A stretch of DNA of 63,868 nt, counting the filler, from Octopus bimaculoides (lineage: Eukaryota): the NCBI RefSeq assembly GCF_001194135.2. It is 5 parts of 5 records of this genome, joined end to end, with 100 filler letters (N's around TTAATTAATTAA, not from the genome) between each part and the next. Parts side by side here need not be neighbours in the genome. Positions count along the whole stretch, not along the records: positions 1 to 23,978 come from NC_068982.1; positions 24,079 to 29,989 come from NC_068996.1; 3 more parts are not named here. One strand, given 5' to 3'. Under the pieces are notes generated by a model. The model saw only the letters and a program-made list of their open reading frames with translations, was not told where the DNA came from and ran no database searches. The translations under genes and the position numbers were made by a program. The stretch's first letter is position 1; every line of letters starts with the position of its first letter. Shown one piece after another: positions 13,734 to 26,974 of this stretch.

Positions 13734-14639
13734 NNNNNNNNNNNNNNNNNNNNNNNNNNNNNNNNNNNNNNNNNNNNNNNNNNNNNNNNNNNNNNNNNNN
13801 NNNNNNNNNNNNNNNNNNNNNNNNNNNNNNNNNNNNNNNNNNNNNNNNNNNNNNNNNNNNNNNNNNNNNNNNNNNNNNNNNNNNNNNNNNNNNNNNNNNN
13901 NNNNNNNNNNNNNNNNNNNNNNNNNNNNNNNNNNNNNNNNNNNNNNNNNNNNNNNNNNNNNNNNNNNNNNNNNNNNNNNNNNNNNNNNNNNNNNNNNNNN
14001 NNNNNNNNNNNNNNNNNNNNNNNNNNNNNNNNNNNNNNNNNNNNNNNNNNNNNNNNNNNNNNNNNNNNNNNNNNNNNNNNNNNNNNNNNNNNNNNNNNNN
14101 NNNNNNNNNNNNNNNNNNNNNNNNNNNNNNNNNNNNNNNNNNNNNNNNNNNNNNNNNNNNNNNNNNNNNNNNNNNNNNNNNNNNNNNNNNNNNNNNNNNN
14201 NNNNNNNNNNNNNNNNNNNNNNNNNNNNNNNNNNNNNNNNNNNNNNNNNNNNNNNNNNNNNNNNNNNNNNNCGGTTAGGACGACGAGAGTTCTAGTTGAT
14301 TTGACCAACGGAACAGCCTGCTCATGCGTACCCTTAACGTAATTCTCAAGGAAATTCAGCGTGACACAGAATGTGACAACGATGATCCTTTGAACCATTC
14401 ATTTTCGCCAACTAAGTGGACTAGAGCAATGTGAAATAAAGAATGAAGTGTCTTGCCGCCGGAATCGAACTCAAGACCTTTTTGTTTATGTCCCCGTAAC
14501 TTAGCGGTCCAGTAAAGGAAACCGACAGAATAAGTGCCAGGCTAAAAAATTAAATACTAGGGTCAATTTGTTCGATTAAACCATTCAAGTGATAGATCTT
14601 TGTGACATTTTTGTACTAAAGGTCCGCCTTAAATCTTCG

Positions 14640-14960
14640 ATTTTGTTCCATATCTTTCAAGTAGACGCGACCCGAGTAGTGTTTTACCATGCCGCATTAG
14701 GAAGTCTCTCTGTTCAGTATTATCTTTGATAAGTCCTCGATTTTCCGTTTTGTATTTCTGCCAATAACACCATGTGAGTGAACTTTGCTCTCTATTATGA
14801 TGCAGAAGTCTTCAAAGTATAATATCTTATATGATCTTATGTTCAATTCAATAAAAGAGACTAGTAGAATGTGCCCATAAATCTCCTCTTCTGGTCTTAT
14901 ACTCACGCCATGAGATGTTCGAGCATCTTTGGGTCCTATGTTGCCAACAGTAAGAATTAT
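14640..14960 (-). mobile_element. Possible highly decayed RTE RT fragment
   Basis: KILYFEDFCIIIES resembles LLYADDLV.IAES. Weak. Confidence 0.3.
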
Positions 14961-16892
14961 TCCTTAATATGCATGGGACCAACTTGGAACGCCTCAACAA
15001 TTTTCACAACATTTGGCAATTAAGTATTTCAAAAACAACAAACAATTTTCCTCTAAAGCTTGTGTTGAGATCATTCTTTCCTCTCCTCTCCGCAACGCTC
15101 GTCCCATAACTAAATTCGTTGAAAGTCTGGCACATGCAAATATATTGTACCAAGCAGAGTAATATTGGCTTCAAATTTCGGGGAAGGGGTAAGTCGACTA
15201 TATCGACTCCAGGTCTCAAATGGTACTTATTTTATCGACCGCGAAAGGATGAACCACAAAGTCAACTTCGGTTGAATTTGAACTCAAAACGTAAAAATCA
15301 GCGAAATGTCGGCGAGCTAACGATTCTGCCAGCTCGCCGCCTTACCGAGCAGAATCATATTACAAACAGAGATAAAATTTGGTCCTTAGTTGGTCGTTAA
15401 TGGTTAGAAGTATCCAACAATGGATGATTAGATTTATTTACTTCATACATTTAAATATGTTAGCTGTATTGATCCTTTACTGTTTTCGGTCATTTGACTG
15501 TAATCGTGCTGAAGAGTCGCTTTGAAGAATGCTAGTTGATCATATCGAAGCGAGTGTTTATTTCAGTCTGCTAGTTTTATTTATATATATTTATCGAATC
15601 GCAAACTAATGTTGTTTTTACACATAAACACGCACATGCAGACATGCACATATGATGTCTCTATCTGTCTCCGTGTCTGTATGTATATATGTTTATCGGT
15701 GTAAACTGGTAGGTTTAGTTGCTTCTCACGTTCACTCTCTCTTCAGGAAGTTCCTGTACGTGAATTTGTTTTGAGTGGATAATGTAGCATAGCACTGAAC
15801 CCACTTTCTAGTGTAATCAGCGTACCAGTGGCAAGACAGAGATTGAGACCTAAAGCCGACTATGCTTCAGGTTTTTTTTTATTGGAGGTTACCTCCTCCG
15901 AGAAGGAAGTTCTAACGAGAACCAGGAGTCTTTCACACCCAGTAGATGACATGCTTGTTAACCCATGACTGGGTGCTACTACTCGCGTCAGGGTAGACCT
16001 GGGAACAATACTAGTTAGGAGGTGTTTTCACACTTCTCAAAAACCTGGATTTCTCGCACAAGGACCCCAATACCGGATGATGTTTGGAGTCATGCACTGG
16101 ACAAATACACGCACATATGTACGTGCATAATTATACGTATATATATATGTATATATATTTCTATATATGGTGCTCCAGCATGACCGCAGTCAAATGACTG
16201 GTACAAGTAAAAGTAAAAGAGTATATATATATATATATATACATACACACATACACACACATTGCTAAACAAGTAATTTTGCATAAATAAGAAGTTAAAT
16301 ATCTTTCTAAATTCCAATATTTCTTTCTGAATATTTACATCACGGAATTAGTGTAATACAGGGATAATACTGAAGGAAGTGTTAAAGAAAGTGCACTCGG
16401 TTATTAGTTGAATTCCAATTATGGTAGTTCTGCTTAAATCTATATAAAAGACTGTATATATTTATTTTAATTTGCTTCTTAAAAGTTTACTTGCGTTGAA
16501 ATGACAAGCTATCTGAAAGGAAATAACATGAATGCATTCTATCCATAATATTCTAGTCAACATATACATACATGCATACATACATGCGTACATACATACA
16601 TACATACATACACGCATACATACAAACACGCACACGTGTGTGTATATATATATATATTCACATACATATATATATATANNNNNNNNNNNNNNNNNNNNNN
16701 NNNNNNNNNNNNNNNNNNNNNNNNNNNNNNNNNNNNNNNNNNNNNNNNNNNNNNNGTGTGTGAATCTGAGAAGGAAATATGTCGAACAAAATCATAATTA
16801 ACTGATCCTTCTCTATTTTCTTTTATCCAAAGCCAGTAATTTTTCAGCGCATCCTCGTATGCATACTTGTATGTATATAAATGTATAGGGGA

Positions 16893-18201
16893 AGAATTCA
16901 CAAAAAAAAAAACAAAAGGCGAAGACAGGTGGTGTAGACAACAAACAGATGTATTAGTTTAACGCTCGGGAATTGAAAAAGCCCTTAACGTTTCGAGCCT
17001 ACGCTCTTCCACAGAACGAAACAAGGAGAGAAAATAAAGAATGTGTAGTGGCTAGCGATATATCATGGCGAATGTCTGACAGAAGGGTCATACAAGAGAG
17101 CTAGGAAGAAGGGGAGATAATAAAGTAGTGGTGGTCCCAAGTGCAGGTGAAGGAATCAGTGATATGATACGGTCGATTATGGGTGCCCGTGAGGAAGGTG
17201 GTGTTGGAAAGGTAAGGGCAAGTGCGGCAGCGTGGGCGGGAGCAGGGGAACGAGCCGGGTTGGGAGATTGGGTTAGGGAAGAAACTGTGGACCAAGTGGT
17301 CTCGTAGGTTGTGGGCTCGTTTGAAGGAGGGGACGGGTCGGTTAGGGAAGATGTGTGAAGTGGAGGGGTCGGAATGGAGTCGCCGGAAGGCTCGGAGAAT
17401 GTTGCATTGGAGAGGTAGGGTGGTGGGGTGGTAGGTAAGGGGAAATGGGAGACGGGTGACGGCGGAGTGGGTGCGGGGTGAGGGAGCTGATGCACGGTCC
17501 ATGGAACGTGCTCTGGCAAGGGCGGTGTGGATAGTGGTGAGGGGATATCCACGTGGGATTAAGTGATGAGCCATGAGTTGAGACTGAGTGTCAAAGTCAT
17601 GGTCGTCACTACAGATCCTGCGTAGACGAAAGAATTGGGAATAGGAGATGGAAAGCTTGGTGTGTTTAGGGTGGGAGGAGGAGAAGTTGAGGTATGATTG
17701 CGAGTGTGTGTGTTTGTAGTGGATGGAGGTGGTAAGAGTGGAGTGATGAATGTTGACTGAAATGTCAAGAAAGGAGACAGAGGTGTCAGAGATAGTGCAG
17801 GAGAAGTGGAGAGCAGGATTGAAAGATTTGACAAAAGAGAGGAAAGAGTCTAGATGTTCGTGGGAGAGTGAGGTCGCACCGATACAGTTGTCAATATAAA
17901 GGCTGTATAGTTCGGGAGTGGAACCAGTGAAACTTGAGAATATTTGGGCCTCAACGTAGCCAACGAACAGGTTCGCATAGTTGGAGCCTATTCTCGTTCT
18001 CATGGCCCCTCCCGAGACCTGCTGGTAAAAATCACTAGCAAACGAGAAGCAGTTGAGTGAGAGAACAAGTTCGGCCAAACGAACGAATGTGGATGTGTCG
18101 GGTTGGGAGTTGGATCGAAGGTCAAGGAAATGTTGCAAGCGCGCATGTGTGTGTGTGTTTGTCCCCGTGGACACATAAAGCAAGAAATGGTAATTTATCA
18201 A
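16893..18201 (-). mobile_element. Penelope-like element (5'-truncated RT plus 3' terminus)
   Basis: ORF 17101-18201 has FYQQVSGGAM..GSNYANLFVG, YIDN (decayed YIDD), FLDI, YK.TH...YL.F.SSHP.HTK.SI.YSQ..RLRRICS, RGYP and a CSRPRCRTCPY knuckle. The terminal segment 16893-17095 recurs at 21955-22122. Confidence 0.9.
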
Positions 18202-18655
18202 TGTAATTTGGGGATCAGAGTAGTCCTTCTATGTATTTCTTCATAAATCGGAAGGTAGATCTCCGAAGAGCCCACATTCGAACCTCAACTAGAGAGGAAG
18301 GGGCGGGTGGATGAAATATGGATAATCTTTTACAGCTATTTCTATGGTTTGCTGTTCACTAAGTACAGTATTGGGCATTGTGTGCATATATACATGAAGT
18401 AGATTGGTGTTAGCCAATATATATATAACACAAATCTAAATTATATTAAATCTCACTCTATCTTCAGAAGGAAATATTATTAGAGGCAGACACAGAGTGA
18501 AACAGACAGACAGACAGACAGAGACAGAGTGAAACAGACAGACAGATAGACAGAGACAGAGTGAAACAGATTGACAAAGTCCGGAGAGAGAGAAAACAAC
18601 AAGAGCTATATAGGCACGTTAAGTGTTCGAGTATGGAGAGAGAAAGAGAGAAAAT

Positions 18656-18656
<1 letters not shown>

Positions 18657-18703
<47 letters not shown>
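18657..18703. repeat. (GATA)n microsatellite
   Basis: Direct observation. Confidence 0.95.
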
Positions 18704-18705
<2 letters not shown>

Positions 18706-19153
18706 CAACATGCGTGTGCGTGTGTGCATGTCTGTTATATCAGCAATGATTGCATTGTAATTGTCCAAGAAATCCTTTTTGTCTTGAAATTTATATTTCC
18801 TTCAACATTCAAAAGAACCATCAAAACCCCATAAAATTATTTTGTTCTCAAATTAAATCTAAATAACAAAAATGATTATCAATAAAGTGATATCTTCCAA
18901 AACTCACTTCACGCAACAAATTCTATTCAAAGCGTACCAATTATTCCAATGCGTTTATGTAATTATGTAATTATGTAATTATGTTTAATTCGATGTAGTT
19001 ACGTTATCATGGTTATTCACTCTTTCATGCACACAAATAAGAGTATTTTGTCTTTGAAAATTTGGGAAGAAATCAAAGTTATTACTCAAACTAATAAGCA
19101 GAGAGTACGTTTTACCATGTTATGTATGGTGTATGTGACATCGTGCAGTGGCA

Positions 19154-20579
19154 TCTCTCTCTATACATAATTTTCTTTGTCTGTCTGTTCCCTATGCATT
19201 CCCAAACGGCTCCACGAAATCAAATCAGATTTTACAAGGTAATAGTATTAGACCCCGCGAGTGTCAACGTGTAATTTTTTTTTTCATCTGAATTAAAACA
19301 ATATAATATTTTCTCGAAAATAATCTTTCTATAATCAACTATAGTAAATGACATTTTATACCACGACCACGACCACAACATCACATTTTGAGCATGAGTG
19401 TGTATGTGCCTGTCAGTGTGTGTGTGTGTGTTTGCGCGTTCGTTACGTACGACATAGTAAAGGACATTTTATACCACAACGACGAACACGACGAACACGA
19501 CGACGACGACGCATTTTGTATATGAGTGTGTATGTCTGTGAGTGCGTGTGTGTTTGCGCGTTCGTTACGTACGACATAGTAAAGGATATTTTATACCATA
19601 ACAACAACGACGATACATTTTGTATATGAGTGTATATGTGTCTGTGAGTGTGTGTGTGTGTTTGCGCGTTCGCTATGTAAATGTATGTCTTAGTATATGT
19701 ATGTCAGTGTATGTGAGAGTGTATTTTTGTGTCAGTGTATATCACAGTGTATGTGTGTGTCAGTGTATTTACGATTATCAATTACACTGATGTAAATCGG
19801 CTATGTGGAAGAACTATACTGGCTCCAACTAATGAAATGGTTGATAAACTCAATCATGGACTTCAAAAGTTAACAGAAACATCAGAAATGACTTTTCCAT
19901 CAATTCACACAACAGTCGATCAAGATCAGGCTGTTCGATACCCTGTTGAATTTCTGAACTCACTTACACCCAGTGAGATGCCACCGCATAACGTGACACT
20001 AAAGCTGGACGCTCCCCCATTATGTTGCTCAGGAATATTGACACACCTCGCCTGTGTAATGGAACTCGTTTAACTGTTACTTCCATGAAGCTTTATGTCC
20101 TACAGGCAACAATCATAACAGGTAGTCACAAAGAAGAAAATGTCTTTCTTACAAAATTTTCTTTCATACCTACACATGTTCCATTTGAATTTAAGAGGCT
20201 TCAGTTTCCAGTCAAACTAAGCTTTGGTATTTCAATTATCAAATCTGAGGGTCAATCTCTCAAGGTAGTTGGACTTCATCTCTCTACTACATGCTTCTCC
20301 CACGGCCAACTCTATGTTGGTTGCTCACGAGTTGGAAGCAGCAACAATTTATTCATTTGGACAACAACAAAATATTATACAATGAATATTGTTTACCCTA
20401 ATGTGCTTCAAGATTAACCGATTTTCAGCTTTAAATTCTATTATCATTACAATTTGGATATTTTTAATAAATATAGATATTTTGAAATAATTATGAGAAA
20501 AACAAATATATCTTCATATTGTTTTTCTAATCTGAATAAGGACAGCAGTAACCCGGGCAACGCCGCGTAATTCAGCTAA
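19154..20579 (+). mobile_element. Non-autonomous Helitron with PIF1-helicase C-terminal remnant
   Basis: 5' A|TC start at 19154. Frameshifted ORFs with RTILAPTN, YPVEFLNSL, PPH, LLRN..PRLCNGTRL, KRLQFPVKLSF..SIIKSEGQSL and FSHGQLYVGCSRV (PIF1 motifs IV-VI). 3' hairpin ACCCGGGCAACGCCGCGT at 20551 and a degenerate CTAA end. Confidence 0.9.
19341..19680. repeat. Three ~115-120-bp tandem units inside the Helitron
   Basis: Units start ATAGTAAA(T/G)GA(C/T)ATTTTATACCA at 19341, 19454 and 19576. Each contains an ACG/ACC/AAC run and a TG run, ending TTTGCGCGTTCG. Confidence 0.9.
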
Positions 20580-20999
20580 CTTGTATATAAGCTCCTCCGT
20601 CACTAATAAATTGGATTCGAAACGTTATGACTGACAATCGTTTTGTAACGCTGCGTTGACGCAGCTGTCTCTCTCGCAACCTTTTTCTATCAATTTCGTT
20701 TTACGTTACCAGACATCAATCTATCGTTCCTCGTGCCAGCATGAGGGCTTTTACTACAGAAAGGCAACATTTTCTCACTTTTGATCAAGCCAGAACTGCT
20801 TTCTCTTCAATTAGTGCATTATTAGAGAGATGATTTGTAAACTAATTCGATAAGGTAGGATAATGTAATTGAAAAAATTTTATTTTCTCTCTTAGTATTT
20901 TTTCTTTTCTTTCCTTTAAATAAAAAAAACTTAAATAACTGTTTTAATTTACTTTAAATAAGATTTCAAAAATTGACTCTTCTACCTTTGACTAATTTC

Positions 21000-21925
<926 letters not shown>

Positions 21926-21954
21926 TAATACACACACACACACATATATAGTGA

Positions 21955-22122
21955 GAATTTACAAAAAAAAAAACAAAAGACGAAGACGTGTGTATAAACA
22001 GCAAACAGATGTATTAGTTTAACGCTCGGGAAGTGAGAAAGTTTTTTACGTTTCGAGCCTACGCTCTCCGACAGAAAGGAACACAGAAATAAACGGGGAG
22101 AGAAAAAGGTTTAGTGGCTAGC
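21955..22122 (-). mobile_element. Solo PLE 3' terminus (pseudo-LTR piece)
   Basis: Clear homolog of 16893-17065, including ACGTTTCGAGCCTACGCTC. A more decayed copy lies near 53305-53430. Confidence 0.75.
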
Positions 22123-22947
22123 GACACATACATACATACATACATACATACATACATAGAAATGCCTGAGTGTCTTTGTATTTGCGTCGTGTTTGGCTCT
22201 CACAACCACTTTGACAACTGATGGTTTGTTTATGTTCCTGTAACTTAGAAGTCTGGCAAAAAGCAGTTTATGTACCAGGTAAAAAAAGAAATGAATTCTG
22301 GGATCGACTTTTTCGACTAAAGCCTTGAAGATCGTGCTCCAGCATGACCGCATTATAATAACTAAAACAAGTAGAAATTTAAAGAATCAAGTTGCAGGAA
22401 ATCCCACTGAAAGTGGAAGGCTGTTTTCGTTGATGTTTGTTTTAGACAAATCAACGTCACAGACACACCAACACAGTTATATTTGTCACATGTAATATAG
22501 AATTGTGTTTTCTGTATTTCAGTATTTCTCTTCGATGGTAATCTGATATTGATAGCATCTAAACATTTACCAAGGGAGAATGTAGTTTTAACCAAGAGGA
22601 ATTGATATCACCAGATTGTATCCAACAATTATAGGCTGTTTCGACTCTCAGCTGCAACACTCTCCCGTTGATGACTTATCTGAGGTGGCCAAATTACAGC
22701 TCATCTCCTCCTAGCTTCCAGCTTAACACCTTTCTCTTATTCCATAACTAGCTAGCGGCTCTCGCTTGCTGTCTGTCCCATTCTGCGCACAACTATCTTC
22801 ATTCTCATTCAAATTACTATATGCATTCTCCATATTGACTAGATAGAGCATCCCCTACATTCAACATCGATTGGGAACAGCTATGATTGTCATCCCTTTT
22901 CTCTGCAATCCTGCTGAAGGCTCTTGTACTTGGCACGCTTACATTAA

Positions 22948-23240
22948 TCCATTACCTCCCATAATTCTATTAACTGGAATTTTTTTTTATGAAACTTTGA
23001 TTTCTAGCATAAAACAGCCTTAGAAACACGCTGGAATGATCAAAATAACATTTCAAAGTAACATTTTTAAATAGAAATAAGTGAGATATTGGGTGAAAAA
23101 TTAGCAAACCTCATTTGAATATCAGAGAAATATACCTAGTAGATATAGCAAAAAGGTTAGATATGTGTAAATATTGACAGATAATTACGAAATTTTTAAT
23201 TTTTAAGTGATCTCATGTGAGATCACTAGTAGGTAATGGG
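22948..23240. mobile_element. piggyBac-type MITE
   Basis: TTAA on both sides (22944-22947, 23241-23244). TIR TCCATTACCT / AGGTAATGGG. Subterminal palindrome AGTGATCTCA-TG-TGAGATCACT. Confidence 0.7.
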
Positions 23241-23935
23241 TTAAAACCCTTGATTGAACCCATCTGGGCACGGAACTACCATGATTGACATCGTTTCTAA
23301 TTTGTGCCGGTCATATTTTAAAATATTCTTCGTTAACACTACCAATCATAATAGAAAGGTAATTGCCGATGAGTAGTATACCATCTAATTCAGACCCCTA
23401 ATATCGCTAATATACGTAGCAGCACTCGGTGCTGTTCTCGTTTGAGATATTAAAACTAGCGTTCCATGAATTGATTTTGCTAATTGAAATAAGTCAGGCG
23501 ATTGACTATTTATCATTCGTGCCTCTGATACTCGAAACATTGCTTGCTTAATTATTATTTAATCAGATGACATTGGTTACTATAACTATACAGTGACTTT
23601 CTGCATATAATTGATGAAGTAAGATAACAAAGTTATAACGACATATCTTTTTGTATTCTATAATGCATATATTAGTTGGCATGGCAGTAGTAACAGGAAT
23701 TTCAATAAACGGCTTCGAATTTCCAATTGCTTTAGTTCTAATTAAGTATATACAGATAAATTTTAATAACCTAAGATAAACATTAATTGTTATATGCGTA
23801 TATGTGTGTGTATGTGTTTGAGTGTGTGTGTGTGTATGTGCATATGTATGTAGGTATGTATGTATGTATACATACACATATGTACATAATATATATACCT
23901 ATATATTCAGATGTATGTATATACATGTATATGTA

Positions 23936-23978
<43 letters not shown>

Positions 23979-24022
23979 NNNNNNNNNNNNNNNNNNNNNN
24001 NNNNNNNNNNNNNNNNNNNNNN

Positions 24023-24034
24023 TTAATTAATTAA
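24023..24034. other. Assembly spacer TTAATTAATTAA inside an N gap
   Basis: The identical 12-mer, with stops in all six frames, sits between N runs here and at ~30034, ~57106 and ~61954. Confidence 0.9.
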
Positions 24035-24287
24035 NNNNNNNNNNNNNNNNNNNNNNNNNNNNNNNNNNNNNNNNNNNNTATATATATAAATATATATATA
24101 TATAAATAAACACATGTACATATAAACTTGGGCGTTAGAATTCAATATACATATGCATCAGAACAAAGCATCGGCCGAGTACAGACCAATAATCTGATAT
24201 TAAATAATTTGACAAGGGAATAAATAATTGCGTCCTGAACATTATTAGATAATTTCTTTCCCTTTGTCATATCAATTTCACACACAC

Positions 24288-24320
<33 letters not shown>

Positions 24321-24590
24321 CATATATATTTACACAGGTGAGCATATAAGTGCAAAACAAGGGGGAAGAAACAGTCCCCAAATACCAAAGGTAGAGTAAT
24401 ATGCTTTTATTAAAACTGCAAAATTATTACAAGACTGTTGCTCAGAATTTCATGTTTCTGTTTGTCGAGCCATTGTTGATAAAATCAGAATTAAAATTGT
24501 ATGTATGTATGTGCACATATATATCGCTGTATGTATGTGTATATATATGTCGCTGACATTGCCGATGACAGTGTCACCTGATTGGTACTC

Positions 24591-24812
24591 GTGCCAGTGG
24601 AACGTTAAAAGCACCATCCGAGCGTGATCATTGCCAGGGCCACTAACTGGCACCCATGCCAGTGGCATGTAAAAAGTACCATTCGGGTGTGATTATTGCC
24701 AGTGTCGCCTTACTGGCACATGTGCCAGTGGCACATGAAAAACAACATTTGAGTGTGGTCAATACCAATGCCGCCGGACTGGCTCCCGTGCATGTGGCAT
24801 GTAAAAAACACC
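24591..24812. repeat. ~66-bp minisatellite, ~3.4 units
   Basis: Recurring GCCAGTGGCA..TAAAAAGCACC...TGCCAG...ACTGGCAC units. Confidence 0.8.
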
Positions 24813-25029
24813 TTTTTTTTATTTAACCACACATATACACACATTCAATTAATTTTTAATGTAGTTAAAAATATCTTAATATAATTTTGTCTTTATTAAT
24901 CTGGTGCTTGGAACTTAAATTTGTATGAAATTTTGATGTAAGATCTGAACTTAAATCACTTTGTGTCCTGGAACCAGGAATGGTCTCAGGCGTGCTGGTA
25001 ATAAAAGGGTTTAAAAAGGCTTTTTGGTT

Positions 25030-25680
25030 AGAAAAAAAAGTCAAAGGCAGGCCTGTGGGATTCAAACTCATATATTCTATAAACATGACAGACACTCTAA
25101 CACTATACCAAAGCAATCCTTCGAATTTTCTTCAGTCATTTTACAAGCTTTGGTAACAAATGAGAACTGTGTGTTGTTTATGCCATAAGAATTTTAAAAC
25201 TTTGAGAGAATGTGAAATAGCTCATTTTTAGCAGTGGAATTTGAAAAACATGAACTTATAAATGACCCTTTCTACTATAAGCCCAAGGCCTGAAATTTTA
25301 GGGAGGGGGCTAGTCAATTACATCGATCTCAGTGCTCAAATGGTACTAATTTTATCAACTCTGAAAGGATCCAAGGCAAAGTCAACTCTGATGGAAATTG
25401 AACCTAGAACATACAGACAGATGAAATGCTGTTATACATTTTGGCCAGCATGCTAACAACAATAGTGAGTAAATATTGGATTTAATAAAAAAAAAACCTT
25501 GAATAGAAAAAGTTGAAAGCTACTTGTGGAATTCAAACTCACATCTTCTTTAAACATAACAGATGTTCTACCATTATACCAAAGCAACCCTTCCAATTTT
25601 CTCTATTTTAGAAGTTTTGCTCTTATTAGTGAGAACTGTGTTGTTTATGTCACAAGAATTTTAAAATTTCAAGAGGTATG
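25030..25680 (-). repeat. Old tandem duplication of a ~190-bp unit with tRNA-like head
   Basis: 25030-25240 aligns by eye with 25500-25680. Minus-strand head TTGGTATA(G/A)TG(T/G)TAGA...GAGTTTGAAT(C/T)CCAC. Confidence 0.6.
25262..25457 (-). mobile_element. SINE family B (CpG-decayed)
   Basis: Homologous to the 5061 copy, with most CpGs converted to TpG/CpA. Confidence 0.75.
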
Positions 25681-26067
25681 GATGGATGAAATTTACAGGG
25701 TTGTTTTGCTATAGTGGTAGAACATTTGTCATGCTTACAGATGATGGTGGGTATTGGGGTTCAAGTCCCATGGGCAGCATTCAACATTATCCATCCAAGA
25801 AATTTTTATAAGCAATATCCTACATGCTATTATTTATAGTTTTATCTATTTCAAGTTCCACCATTAAGAATGATTTAATATTTAATGTATCCTTCCCAAA
25901 GCTTGATGTGAGGAAGATTTGGCTGCTATTTTCAGTAAGCCAAGTTATAACTTAATGGCTCCTTTATTAATTGGTTTGCATGTGTCTGAGATTTTCTGAG
26001 GTGTGAGGAGAACAAGGAGCCATGACTTACACATATACACTAAATCTGTTATCAATATAAGTGAAAT

Positions 26068-26430
26068 AGAAGGCGGCAGAACCATTAGCATGCTGGACTA
26101 TATGTGTAGTGGCATTTTGTCTGTTTTTACATTCTGAGTTCAAATTACACTGAGATAAACTTTACTTTTCATCCTTTTGGGGGGCTGAGAAAATAAGTAC
26201 CAGTTGAGTTCTGGGGTCGATATAATTGACTTACCCTCTCCTCTGGACTTACTGGCCTTGTGCCAAAATTTGAAACTAATATTACCCTAGCTTTCAAATT
26301 CCACCCAGTTCAGGTTTGTCTTTCATTCTTCAGGGTCAATAAAATAAATATCAGTTGAGCACTGGGGTCGATGTACTCAATTTATGCCCTCCCCTAAAAT
26401 TATTGGCCTTGTGCAAAAATTTGAAACCAA
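26068..26430 (+). mobile_element. Two tandem SINE-B copies
   Basis: Both end GGCCTTGTGC(C/A)AAAATTTGAAAC. Confidence 0.75.
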
Positions 26431-26831
26431 TATAAGTGGACTGTCTGGACTGTCTATAATTTAAAAAACACTGTTCGTTTACTGGTATCTTACAGCTGTT
26501 ACTACAACAAAAGTGAAATTAATCTATTCACAAGGTCAATGAACTTGAAAAAAAGAGAAAAGCTGTTTTTGAATTCAATATTAAAATTGGGCAAAAAAAA
26601 AAATTATTCTTAATTGGTTTTTAGTTGCCTCATAAATAAACACACATATACATGTATTACATTTCAAACACGCATGCTCACAGAGAAAGACATACACACA
26701 TACACACATACACACACACGGATATCATCATGGAGTCTCAAGTCTTATAAGATACAATTATTTAATTTTTGTTTATATTTTATTTAGTTTGCTTCTCTTT
26801 TTGAAACCAAAACAAATACATATATATATAA

Positions 26832-26863
<32 letters not shown>

Positions 26864-26866
26864 GGG

Positions 26867-26906
<40 letters not shown>

Positions 26907-26974
26907 GAGAGAGAGTTCAAATTTACAGTAAACAAATGACAAAGACAGATGAAGGAACAACAAGCAGGTGTATA

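Noticed and set aside
24023-24034. TTAATTAATTAA islands inside N runs (four occurrences)
   Set aside because: An identical six-frame-stop spacer between gaps is an assembly linker, not biology.
24591-24812. Repeat-spacer-like periodicity resembling a CRISPR array
   Set aside because: Whole units are homologous (minisatellite), there are no unique spacers or cas genes, and the context is eukaryotic.
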